The notes under the pieces: model-generated
Told to the model about the DNA's origin: nothing
The model's database searches: none
What the model saw: only the letters and a program-made list of their open reading frames with translations
Origin: a virus
DNA: 45,870 bases
Strand: one strand, 5' to 3'
Virus record (IMG/VR): IMGVR_UViG_3300012931_000008
In this document: in pieces, positions 1 to 8,166 of the stretch
How positions within the stretch are numbered: the first letter of the stretch is position 1
Layout of the letters: every line of letters begins with the position of its first letter
Made by a program: the position numbers and the translations under genes

Positions 1-123
1 AGGCGTGAAAGGATGGATCTGACAAAAATTCTTTACAACGTTGTAAAGAATTTTCGTTTGGAAGCCAAAAAACGGCATTTTTTGCTTGTTTGGGGGCATT
101 GAAAGTGGGCCAATAGAACCGAT
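1..123. repeat. Terminal direct repeat, copy 1 (identical to 45748..45870)
   Basis: Read directly: aggcgtgaaaggatggatctgac...caatagaaccgat occurs at both ends. Confidence 0.95.
25..54. promoter_or_regulatory. 30-bp perfect palindrome aaaattctttacaac/gttgtaaagaatttt; function unknown (protein-binding site or AT-rich hairpin)
   Basis: The two 15-nt arms are exact reverse complements with no spacer. It starts 2 nt after the stop of ORF 45470..45769 and recurs at 45772..45801 inside the terminal repeat. Confidence 0.6.
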
Positions 124-153
124 TTAACAACTGAAAACTGAATAATCTTTGAA

Positions 154-193
154 AGCTGCTGGCGGCGGATAGGATCTGCCAGCAGCTTTTTTT
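154..193 (+). terminator. Rho-independent terminator
   Basis: GC-rich stem agctgctggc / gccagcagct with a 14-nt loop, followed by a T7 run. Confidence 0.75.
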
Positions 194-264
194 GTCCGCC
201 GCCAGCGAATCTTCATGTGCAAGAAAAGAAAACCGCGGCCGAGAAAATAGCTCGGTAAGATTTC

Positions 265-534
265 ATGGCGCTGGACAGTACCTCGACACTCGATGACGCC
301 CTCGGCCAGTATAACGATAACCTCGACTGGGATGGGGATGCAACTAAGGCCGGTTTAGCCTTAGCGGCCGTCCGCTGGATCCTCGTCAATCGTCCCCGCA
401 TCATCGCCACCAATAACCGCACGATCAACTTCGACGCTTTGGCCGACGAAAAAAAATGCCTCGAGGAGTTCATCGCACACGCCGGGACCAACGTCAATCG
501 CTGCTCCTTCACGCGGGGAGGGATGCTGACATGA
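265..534 (+). CDS. Head-tail joining protein, gpW-like (by position and weak motif similarity)
   Basis: An 89-aa ORF lying between the terminase block and the portal. Its stop overlaps the portal ATG (ATGA at 531-534). The C-terminal half resembles lambda W (..INFDALADEKKCLEEFI..). Confidence 0.45.
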   Translation: MALDSTSTLDDALGQYNDNLDWDGDATKAGLALAAVRWILVNRPRIIATNNRTINFDALADEKKCLEEFIAHAGTNVNRCSFTRGGMLT

Positions 535-2036
535 CGGTGCGAACGCCCAAACGCAGAACCAGCTCCGAACCGATCGCCGTCGATGGCCTTCGCCGCGTCT
601 ATGGCGCCTTGGGCTACCGCAGCGCCCGCATCGCCGCCTCCGAGGGCCGCAGCTATTCGGCCTACGCGGGTGAAACGCACGATGAGCGGGACCGCACCAA
701 GCTCGTCAACCAATCGCGGGACTTCATGCGCAACAACGCGATCTACAAGGGCATGATCGAGCGGATGGTCAGCTACATCGTCGGCAATGGTTTCGAGCTG
801 CAACTGACCGGGGCCGCCGACGGGACGATTAAAAAGGTCGAGGGACTCTGGCGGGCGTGGTTCGCCAAGCCGGAGATCCGCAACCTGCTCTCGGGGGCGG
901 AGGTCTCGAGGATGGAGTGCCGCGAGCTTCTCGTAGCCGGTGACATCGCCAACTTGAAAACCGATAAAGGCGTCCTCCAGCTCTTCGAGGCCGAGCAGAT
1001 CGACTCGAACCAGACCAAGAAAATTCCCAACGGGATCAAAAAAGACGACTTCGGCCGGCCGGTGGAATTTTCCTTGTGCCCCTGGGGCACGCACGGCATC
1101 GACAAAACGAAGGCCCAGCTCATCGCGGCGGAGAACATTCTTTTTCTGACCAATCCCGAGCGGCCCAGCAGCATTCGCGGTGTGCCCGCCTGCCAGAGTT
1201 CCTTCGCTATGCTGCACCGGATCAACGATGTCTGCGACAGCGAGGCCATCGCCTGGCAGCTCCTCTCGAGACTGGCCGTCTCGATCATCCGGGAACAGGG
1301 ACCCGAGCAGGCCTATACCGAATCCAAAGAGGACCCCAATAAAACAACCGAGGATTTGGAAGGGGACCTCGCCACGCGATTGACGGAGCTGGATTACGCC
1401 CTGATCTTTCACGGCAAGCCGGGCGAAACGGTTCAGGGCATCGAGCGCAATATCCCCGGCATGAATTTTTCTGAGTCGCTGCGGATGTTCCTGCGGCTCT
1501 TAGGTCTGCCCATCGGCTGCCCCCTGGAGCTGGTGCTCTTAGATTGGACCAAGAGCAATTACAGCCAGTCGCGGGCCGTGTTAGAGCAGGCGTTCGAGAA
1601 CTTCCTCTTCTGGCAGTACAAACTGCGTGACTTTTTCTACCAGCCGCTCCTGGATTGGAAGCTCTCAGCCTGGCAGAGCCAGGAAAGCGCTGTCGGCAAG
1701 AACAACAAGTTCGCAGCCAACTGGATCATGCCGACCTTCCCCTGGATCGACCAGCTCAAGGAGGTCCAGGCCTACGCCGAGAAGGTCGAGCGTGGCTTCA
1801 CGACGCACAGCCAGACCTGCAAATCCCTCAAGCTCGATCCCGATGAGGTCCTCGAGCAGCGGGAGGCCGAGATCCATAGCGCCATCGAGCGGTCCCAGCG
1901 CATCGAGAAAGAGACGGGCGTCGCCGTGCCCTGGCAGCACTTCGCGGGCCTCAAACCGCCGACCGCGGCGCCGATGAAGACCGATGAATCCGATTCCTCC
2001 GAAGCATCGGATAAAGAAAAAGAAGGAGATGAATAA
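531..2036 (+). CDS. Portal protein, lambda gpB family
   Basis: Motif SRDFMRNNAIYKGMIERMVSYIVGNGFELQ is typical of lambda-family portals. About 500 aa with an acidic C-terminus. The ATG at 531 is coupled to the upstream stop. Confidence 0.88.
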   Translation: MTVRTPKRRTSSEPIAVDGLRRVYGALGYRSARIAASEGRSYSAYAGETHDERDRTKLVNQSRDFMRNNAIYKGMIERMVSYIVGNGFELQLTGAADGTIKKVEGLWRAWFAKPEIRNLLSGAEVSRMECRELLVAGDIANLKTDKGVLQLFEAEQIDSNQTKKIPNGIKKDDFGRPVEFSLCPWGTHGIDKTKAQLIAAENILFLTNPERPSSIRGVPACQSSFAMLHRINDVCDSEAIAWQLLSRLAVSIIREQGPEQAYTESKEDPNKTTEDLEGDLATRLTELDYALIFHGKPGETVQGIERNIPGMNFSESLRMFLRLLGLPIGCPLELVLLDWTKSNYSQSRAVLEQAFENFLFWQYKLRDFFYQPLLDWKLSAWQSQESAVGKNNKFAANWIMPTFPWIDQLKEVQAYAEKVERGFTTHSQTCKSLKLDPDEVLEQREAEIHSAIERSQRIEKETGVAVPWQHFAGLKPPTAAPMKTDESDSSEASDKEKEGDE

Positions 2037-3616
2037 TGCCTTATCCCAACGAGCACAGCGCGCGATTGCAGGATCCGGGCCGATTCAATCCTGACACCTT
2101 TCGCCGCACGGATGATGGGACGATCTACGGTAAGATCAAGGTCCCCGCGACGGCGGCGGTGATCTGGGGCAAGCTCAAAGGCAAAGATAAACCGGCGGAT
2201 AATCCCATACCGCAGGCGATTCGTTTCCCAACGAAGAATTGGACCGCCGATCGGGCCCGCAAGTGGCTCAAGGATAACAACGTTAAATATATTCGCTTCG
2301 AGCCGGCCAGCGGCGGCAAGGAAAAGAGCCAGCAGGATGAAAACCAGCGAACGGCAACGATTCAAACTCTGCTGGCGCAATTGAGATCGCAGATGTGGGC
2401 AATGGAGGCGCATGCCCTGGAATCGCTCTTTGAAGCGATTGCCTCCCAGCAGACGATTCCACCGCCCAATGTGGCCATTGACGTAAAGCCGGCCGGCCTG
2501 AAGATCGATGGCTCGACGGCCATCATTCCGATCAAAGGCGTGCTGATGCGAGAGATCCCGGTTGCCTTGAGCTGGTGGGGCATTCAGGGCACCAGCTATA
2601 TCTGGATTCAGCAGCAGCTTAGCGAGGCCCTCGCCAGCGAGCAAATCAAGCAGATTCGTCTGGATATCGATTCGCCGGGAGGCACCGTTCCGGGCGTCGA
2701 TGAGACGGCCGAATTGATTCGGGCCGCCAGGGAACAAAAACCCATTGTGGCCGTTGTCGATGACTTATGCGCCTCGGCGGCTTATTGGCTCGCCAGTCAG
2801 GCCGAGCGAATCGAGGCGACAAAAAATTCCGAAGCGGGTTCCATCGGGGTTTTCAGCGTCTATTGGGATCTTTCGGCCCGCGCCAAAGAAATGGGCGTGA
2901 AAGTAATCGTTATCAAATCCGGTGAGCATAAAGCCATGGGCGTGCCTGGCGCCGAGATTAGCGAGACTCAGATTGCCGGCATTCAGCAAATCATCGACGG
3001 CATCGCCGAGAACTTCATCGCCGCCGTTGCCACTGGGCGCCAGCGCGCCAAGGAAGATGTCCGCATCTGGGCGACCGGCCAGCTCTGGTTAGCTGAGACG
3101 GCCAAGCAGCTCGGCGTCATCGACAAAGTGACATCGCTACAAATCAAAGTTCCTCAATCCAAGGAGAAAATCATGGACATGACCGATGAACAAATCAATG
3201 CGCAGATCGAGAAGAACCAATTGCGCGAAGCGGCCGAGAAAGAGCAGCGTGAGCGGCTCGGCCAATTGAAGGCGGCGTTCCCGGATGACCTGGCTTTCGC
3301 CGTCGATGCCTTCGAGAAGGGTTTGACCGTCGAGCAGGCCAAGGCCAACTACTGCGACGTCCTGCGCGAGAAGCTCAAAGACCAGGGCAAAAAGACCGGC
3401 GACAAGACGAGCGGCGCCCCGCCCATTGCCGAGAACAGCTCGGATGCAACGGCCCAGGGTGATTTTCTCGCTGAGGCCAGGCAGCTCGCCAAAGAAAAAG
3501 GCATCACGATGACGGCGGCGATGAAGCAGTTGAACCGCCGCAACCCGGGTCTGCACGCCGCCTTCGTGCAGCGCTGCGAAAGCGAAGGCAAGCGGATGTA
3601 CCAGGAAGCTTGCTGA
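2036..3616 (+). CDS. Prohead protease (S49/SppA-ClpP class, gpC-like) fused to a scaffold-like coiled-coil C-terminus
   Basis: DIDSPGGTV and CASAAYWLASQA are S49 motifs. A charged helical tail follows (EQINAQIEKNQLREAAEKEQRE). AAGGAG lies 7 nt upstream, and the TAATG overlaps the portal stop. Confidence 0.85.
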   Translation: MPYPNEHSARLQDPGRFNPDTFRRTDDGTIYGKIKVPATAAVIWGKLKGKDKPADNPIPQAIRFPTKNWTADRARKWLKDNNVKYIRFEPASGGKEKSQQDENQRTATIQTLLAQLRSQMWAMEAHALESLFEAIASQQTIPPPNVAIDVKPAGLKIDGSTAIIPIKGVLMREIPVALSWWGIQGTSYIWIQQQLSEALASEQIKQIRLDIDSPGGTVPGVDETAELIRAAREQKPIVAVVDDLCASAAYWLASQAERIEATKNSEAGSIGVFSVYWDLSARAKEMGVKVIVIKSGEHKAMGVPGAEISETQIAGIQQIIDGIAENFIAAVATGRQRAKEDVRIWATGQLWLAETAKQLGVIDKVTSLQIKVPQSKEKIMDMTDEQINAQIEKNQLREAAEKEQRERLGQLKAAFPDDLAFAVDAFEKGLTVEQAKANYCDVLREKLKDQGKKTGDKTSGAPPIAENSSDATAQGDFLAEARQLAKEKGITMTAAMKQLNRRNPGLHAAFVQRCESEGKRMYQEAC

Positions 3617-3621
3617 CAAAA

Positions 3622-3657
3622 GTCGGACAGGTCAGACGGGTCGGACAGGTCAGACAA
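3622..3657 (+). repeat. A-type array, 4 x 9 nt (GTCNGACNN)
   Basis: gtcggacag gtcagacgg gtcggacag gtcagacaa, with a degenerate fifth unit gctgacaaa at 3612. It ends 14 nt before ATG 3672. Confidence 0.9.
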
Positions 3658-3671
3658 AGTAAGGAGAATTT

Positions 3672-4091
3672 ATGACAACCTATTCCAATTCACCGAAGAC
3701 CTTCACGTCCGGCGCCGCCCTGGGCGTATTCTTGCGGGTCAAGATCGCCGGCGCCACGCGAAAGGCCTATCTGGCCGGGGCCAGCGATTACGGCGTCGGG
3801 ACGGTCCAGCAAGGCGTCGCCATCAATAAGGACGTCAGCATCCGGCTCTGGGATCACGGCGGCAGCCACAAGTGCGTGGCCTCCGGCGCTATCCTCGCCG
3901 GTCGCAAGGTCTATGCCGCCGCCTCCGGCAAGATCGCCGCGACGGGGACGCTGCTGATCGGCACAGCGCTCGATGCCGCCAGCGGTAACAACAGCGTGAT
4001 CGAGGTGCTGCCTCACCTGAACTATAAGCAATCGAGCAGCTCTTCCTCAAGTTCAAGTTCGAGCTCAAGCTCCTCTTCAAGCTCGAGCTAA
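3672..4091 (+). CDS. Head decoration / capsid cement protein paralog 1 (DUF2190-like), with a C-terminal tail of 19 Ser
   Basis: Occupies the gpD position between protease and capsid gene. Has RBS aaggaga. Paralogous to 4228..4617. The translation ends ...LNYKQ followed by 19 Ser. Confidence 0.6.
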   Translation: MTTYSNSPKTFTSGAALGVFLRVKIAGATRKAYLAGASDYGVGTVQQGVAINKDVSIRLWDHGGSHKCVASGAILAGRKVYAAASGKIAATGTLLIGTALDAASGNNSVIEVLPHLNYKQSSSSSSSSSSSSSSSSSSS

Positions 4092-4172
4092 TCGTCCAGC
4101 TCGTCGAGCAGCTCTTCGTCATCGAGCTCATCGTCCAGCTCGTCGAGCAGCTCCTCGTCATCGAGCAGCTAA
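4092..4172 (+). other. 26 in-frame Ser codons plus a second TAA immediately after the TAA stop of 3672..4091
   Basis: Read codon by codon from 4092: tcg tcc agc tcg tcg agc ... agc agc taa (4170-4172). Confidence 0.9.
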
Positions 4173-4227
4173 ATCGTCAATCTCCCGAAAGGGACGCCAT
4201 CAGGCGGAAAATTGAGAAAGGGATATT

Positions 4228-4617
4228 ATGACAACAATGGCCAACAGCCCGTTCACGTTGACGGCCGGGGCCGCCATTGCGGTGTTCCTGCGCGTCAAGG
4301 CCTACGGCCGGACCGGGTATCTCGCCGGGTCCTCTGACTACGGCGTCGGCACCGCCATCGAGGGCGTTGCCAGCGGCAAGATCGTGGCCGTGCGGCTCTG
4401 GGAGCATGGTGGCAGCCATAAGTGCGTCGCCTCCGGCGCGATCAGCGCCGGCGCTAAGGTCTATGCCGCCGCCTCCGGCAAGATCGCCGCCACGGGGACG
4501 CTCTTGATCGGGACGGCGCTCGATGCCGCCAGCGGCAATAACAGCGTGATTGAGGTGCTTCCGCACATCGGGCACACGCAGTCCTCATCGAGCAGCAGCA
4601 GCTCCTCGAGCAGTTAG
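4228..4617 (+). CDS. Head decoration / capsid cement protein paralog 2, with a C-terminal tail of 11 Ser
   Basis: Shares GGSHKCVASGAI..KVYAAASGKIAATGTLLIGTALDAASGNNSVIEVLPH with paralog 1. Ends in 11 Ser followed by TAG. Confidence 0.6.
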   Translation: MTTMANSPFTLTAGAAIAVFLRVKAYGRTGYLAGSSDYGVGTAIEGVASGKIVAVRLWEHGGSHKCVASGAISAGAKVYAAASGKIAATGTLLIGTALDAASGNNSVIEVLPHIGHTQSSSSSSSSSSS

Positions 4618-4630
4618 AAGAGTCCGAACG

Positions 4631-4669
4631 GGGCAATGAAAAAGAAACCCATACAGGGCAATGAAAAAG
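4631..4669 (+). repeat. 14-bp direct repeat gggcaatgaaaaag x2 (4631-4644 and 4656-4669) in the capsid-gene leader
   Basis: Read directly. The second copy overlaps RBS aaaggag of ATG 4680. Confidence 0.6.
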
Positions 4670-4679
4670 GAGTAAAACA

Positions 4680-5639
4680 ATGATTCAGAAATCAACCCAC
4701 GCGGTGCCGCGAATGGATTTGGGCGTCGCCTTTCACGAGTACACGATGAGCAAGGTGCGACTGATCGCCGACGCCGTCCTGCCCATCCTGGGCGTCGCCA
4801 AGGAAGCGGCCACGATGAGCGTCACCAAGCGCAAGAACCTGACGATCCCCGCGACCAAACACGCGAACGGGGCAACGTACAATCGCGTCGAGCTCTATAT
4901 GGACGATCTGGCCTACGCCTGCGTCGATCACGGTCTCGAAGGCCAGATCACGGACCGCGACCGCGAAAAGTACGCCAGTGACTTCGACGCCGAGGTTGAA
5001 AAGACCCAGGCGATCAAGACCAAGATGAAGCTGGCCAGAGAGAAGCGAGTTAAGGATCTTATCTTCAACACGACCACCTGGCCCAGCGGGACGGCCGCCC
5101 TCTATACGGACTATAGTTCCGCCCCTTGGGACGCCGCCGGCAGCAAGGTGATCAAACAACTCCAGACGGTCCGTGAACTGGTCCGGCTCAACTGCGGCGT
5201 CCCGGCGGATAGTCTCGTCATCAGCGAATCCTCCATGATCAACCTGATGAATAATACAGAGATTCTTGCCAAATTCCCCGGCGCCACGGCGATCACCGAG
5301 GCCATGCTGAGGGCGGCGATGGCGGCGATTTTAGGTATCCCGAACCTCATCGTCGGCCAGGCCGTCTATAACTCCGCTGATGAGGGCCAGGATTTTAGCG
5401 GCGCCGAGATCTGGCCGGATGATTATGCCATGGTCGCTGTTCTGGGCGCCGACGGCCTGCCGATGACGGAGCCCCAGCTTGGCCGCACGATTCTGTGGGA
5501 GAATTACACACCCGACATCGAATACATCGAGATGTACCGCGAAAACCAGACCAAGAGTGACATCATCAATGTCGAGCAGAGTATCGATGAGAAGGTCTTC
5601 GATGCCTACTTCGGCCATCTGATGAAGATCGATGCGTAA
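4680..5639 (+). CDS. Major capsid protein (gpE position, presumed HK97 fold)
   Basis: A 319-aa ORF after the protease and decoration genes with a strong RBS. The size and position are those of a major capsid gene. Confidence 0.75.
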   Translation: MIQKSTHAVPRMDLGVAFHEYTMSKVRLIADAVLPILGVAKEAATMSVTKRKNLTIPATKHANGATYNRVELYMDDLAYACVDHGLEGQITDRDREKYASDFDAEVEKTQAIKTKMKLAREKRVKDLIFNTTTWPSGTAALYTDYSSAPWDAAGSKVIKQLQTVRELVRLNCGVPADSLVISESSMINLMNNTEILAKFPGATAITEAMLRAAMAAILGIPNLIVGQAVYNSADEGQDFSGAEIWPDDYAMVAVLGADGLPMTEPQLGRTILWENYTPDIEYIEMYRENQTKSDIINVEQSIDEKVFDAYFGHLMKIDA

Positions 5640-5986
5640 TGAGCAGCGTCTTTGACGACACGCTGAAAGCGGCGGCGGATAGTTTTTTCCTGCTGCCGGA
5701 CGCGGAATGGCTGACGTACTTTCCGCGAAACGGGGCCAGCCGGCGGATCCGGGCCGTAGTGACGCGAAGCGAATGGCTGGGGCTGCCGGGCGTAGAAGGC
5801 GGTTCCCGGCCACCGATGGAGGTTCTGGTGAAAAATAACGCCGCCGCCGGCATTGATAGTGAGACGGTTGATACCGGCGGCGACAGGATTGAAGTGGCCC
5901 CGAACATCAACGAGCCGCCTGCGATGTTCCGGATCGTGGAGATTGTCAATCACGATGCGGGCCTGATGCTCCTGAAGGTGCAATGA
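5639..5986 (+). CDS. Head-tail joining protein, gpFII-like
   Basis: 115 aa. The N-terminus MSSVFDDTLKAAAD and C-terminus TGGDRIEV...FRIVEIVNHDAGLMLLKV parallel lambda FII. The TAATG is coupled to the capsid stop. Confidence 0.6.
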   Translation: MSSVFDDTLKAAADSFFLLPDAEWLTYFPRNGASRRIRAVVTRSEWLGLPGVEGGSRPPMEVLVKNNAAAGIDSETVDTGGDRIEVAPNINEPPAMFRIVEIVNHDAGLMLLKVQ

Positions 5987-6570
5987 TGATTGAGATTCGG
6001 TTCGATGAGCATAAGCTCCGCCAGGTCCAGCAGCAGCTTGCAGCGATCCCCAATGCGATGCCGAAGGTGATGAGCCGGGGCCTCAACCGCACGGCCACGC
6101 AGGCCCGAACCCTGACCAGCCGCCGGCTCTAGTCATCGACCGGGCTTCGCGTCCAGGATGTGCGGGATCGCATCGCCGTCGAGCGGGCCAGTTATAAGAA
6201 CTGGCGCTCGGCCATCCGTTTCCGCGCTGGCGGCTTGCCGATTGTCCGGTTCCCTCATGAGCAGACGGGCGAGGGCATCACCTGGCGTCCCTCTCGCAAT
6301 AAGACGATCCTGATCCGTCATGCGTTCCTGGCCACAATGCCGGCCAGCGGCCATAGGGGTGTGTTCCTTCGCGCTCGATACGCCAAGGGCCGCTTTATCT
6401 CGATGAAGGGCCGCAAGAAAGAGGCCATCTACGAGCAGAAGGTCCGGCTTCAGGATGTCTTTACCCAGAGCCAGGCGGAGATGGACCAAATCTATATTGA
6501 AAGTCTTGCCCGGCTTGAAAAGAATATCCACGACCAGGTGCAGTTGATTCTCAAACAGAGGGTCGCATGA
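5983..6570 (+). CDS. Tail completion protein, gpZ-like, interrupted by an in-frame TAG at 6130..6132
   Basis: ATG 5983 overlaps the upstream TGA. MMIEIRF..LNRTATQARTLTSRRL*SSTGLRVQDVRDRIAVERASYKN... is one frame (6160-5983=177). Joined, it parallels lambda Z (INRVASSAISQSASQVARETKVRRKLVKERARLKRA). Confidence 0.6.
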
Positions 6571-7034
6571 GCACGCCCGTCATTGAAGAGATCGCCGTCA
6601 AGCTCGTGGCTTTGATCAACCAGATCACTGTCGGCAACGGCTTCAACCAGACGCTGACCGCCGTTAGGCCCAAGCGGATCCACTTAGAGGGCGACATCAA
6701 TACAGATAAGACGGTGATCATCGAGCAAATGGATGGCACGGCGGCCCTGGACGCCAACGAGACGACCGTCTGGCACCAGGGCTTCGCCATTCAGGCTTTG
6801 GTCATCGATTCGGACGATGCGACGGAGGCGCTCGATACGCGGCTCAATCAGGTGGCGGCGGATATCATCAAGAAGCTGTTCACGGGCTCTAACAGCAATT
6901 TCGACGGCCTGGCCGACGGCATATTCCTTCAGGGAACCGAGCGGTTCATTGCCGACCCGCAATTGGCCGGCATCGCCGTCAATATCATCGTGCAACTGCC
7001 GTTCGATACGGCCGATCCCTACACTCAAAACTAA
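6567..7034 (+). CDS. Tail terminator / completion protein (gpU position)
   Basis: 155 aa, ATGA-coupled to gpZ-like, immediately upstream of the tube gene. Confidence 0.5.
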   Translation: MSTPVIEEIAVKLVALINQITVGNGFNQTLTAVRPKRIHLEGDINTDKTVIIEQMDGTAALDANETTVWHQGFAIQALVIDSDDATEALDTRLNQVAADIIKKLFTGSNSNFDGLADGIFLQGTERFIADPQLAGIAVNIIVQLPFDTADPYTQN

Positions 7035-7045
7035 GGAGAATCACC

Positions 7046-7468
7046 ATGGGAACGCTCTATGGCTGGACATTAACAGGCTCGATCAGCGGCATCTTAGGCA
7101 AGCTGACCAACGTCGATTACAACGGTCTGAATATCGATGAGATCGACGTCACCAATGCCGATTCGAGCGGTCAGTGGAACGAATACGAGGCGGGGTTCAA
7201 GGACCCGGGCGTTGTTTCGGCCACGCTGATTTTCACCGCCGCCCTCTACGAGACGCTGCTGGCCGCCTTCGGCGTTAGCCAGACCTGGACCTTTGAGAAA
7301 GACACGAAGGTCTTTACGGTGGCTGGCTACGTCCGAAACCCGAATGTGACGATGCCCCTGCGCAGTGCCTCGACGTGCGCCATTGAGATCCGCTGCAGCG
7401 GAGCGCCGAGCTTCAATTCGTCCAGCAGCTCCTCAAGCAGCTCCTCGAGCAGCTCGTCAAGCAGCTAA
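7046..7468 (+). CDS. Major tail tube protein with a C-terminal tail of 16 Ser
   Basis: IDEIDVTNADSSGQWNEYEAGFKDPGVVSATLIF matches the tail-tube (Phage_tail_2-like) signature. It lies before the G/GT chaperone genes. Confidence 0.7.
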   Translation: MGTLYGWTLTGSISGILGKLTNVDYNGLNIDEIDVTNADSSGQWNEYEAGFKDPGVVSATLIFTAALYETLLAAFGVSQTWTFEKDTKVFTVAGYVRNPNVTMPLRSASTCAIEIRCSGAPSFNSSSSSSSSSSSSSSSS

Positions 7469-7492
7469 AAATATCAATCGAAAGGATAGCTT

Positions 7493-7888
7493 ATGGCCGA
7501 CCAATGGGCGAACAAAGACGTTCTATTCAAACAGACCGTGCCGAAGGAGCGGTACACGATCGCGGGCGTGGGCGATGTCTGGATTCACGGCTTAACCTGC
7601 GGCCAGAAGGATGAATACGAGAACCAGGCCGTTAAGATCCTGGCCGGCAAACGGGAGGTCCGCATGGAGGACGCCCGGGCCTTGCTGCTCCTCTGGACCA
7701 TCCACGATCAGCATGGCAATCGTTTCTTCAGCGAGGAGGAGATGGGCAAGATCCGGACCATCCCAGCGGCGATCTCCGAACCGATGTACGAGAAGGCCCG
7801 GCGGCTCAGCCGCATGTCCGTCGAGGACGTGGAGGGTCTCGTAAAAAACTCCGTGACGATCCAGGGCGGCGACTCCGCTATCGAATAG
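7493..7888 (+). CDS. Tail assembly chaperone (gpG-like)
   Basis: Lies between the tube and tape measure genes and contains a slippery site near its 3' end. Confidence 0.75.
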   Translation: MADQWANKDVLFKQTVPKERYTIAGVGDVWIHGLTCGQKDEYENQAVKILAGKREVRMEDARALLLLWTIHDQHGNRFFSEEEMGKIRTIPAAISEPMYEKARRLSRMSVEDVEGLVKNSVTIQGGDSAIE

Positions 7889-8166
7889 CGGCGGCCCTGG
7901 GCTGGAGCAAGGCCCGCGTCGATGCCGAGCTCTCCGCCGAGGAAGAGATGGATTGGCGGTTGCTCGAAGGGATTGAGCCGTGGGGCGAGCGGCGGGCGGA
8001 CTACCGGGCGGCCCGCATCATCGAGGCCATCTACTTAGCCAACGGTTGCAAGCCGGATTTGAGGAAGATCATGGCGATGTTCAATTCGGATACCGATAGG
8101 CAAGACCTGGACGATGAGCAATCCGAGCAGGTCCTCGGACAAATCCCCAAAGGACGGGGGCAATAG
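7493..8166 (+). CDS. Tail assembly chaperone G-T fusion made by a -1 frameshift at 7843..7849
   Basis: After the slip the frame reads KKLRDDPGRRLRYRIAAALGWSKARVDAELSAEEEMDWRLLEG... with no stop. This arrangement upstream of the tape measure gene is conserved in long-tailed phages. Confidence 0.75.
7843..7849 (+). promoter_or_regulatory. -1 programmed frameshift slippery heptamer A AAA AAC
   Basis: The zero frame reads GTA AAA AAC (..LVKN..). The -1 frame is open from here to TAG 8164-8166. Confidence 0.8.

Noticed and set aside
213-1412. 399-aa minus-strand ORF opposite the portal gene, plus similar long antisense ORFs at 1772..2737, 11700..13193, 28755..29591 and 40198..40992
   Set aside because: High-GC antisense frames with Arg/Gly/Pro-rich, low-information translations. 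Each overlaps a + strand gene with clear family motifs and coupled starts and stops.
6130-6132. Genome-wide TAG reassignment (alternative genetic code) to explain the in-frame amber
   Set aside because: TAG terminates at least three other well-supported genes (4615-4617, 7886-7888, 8164-8166) exactly where neighbouring genes begin. No CUA-anticodon tRNA was seen in the window.
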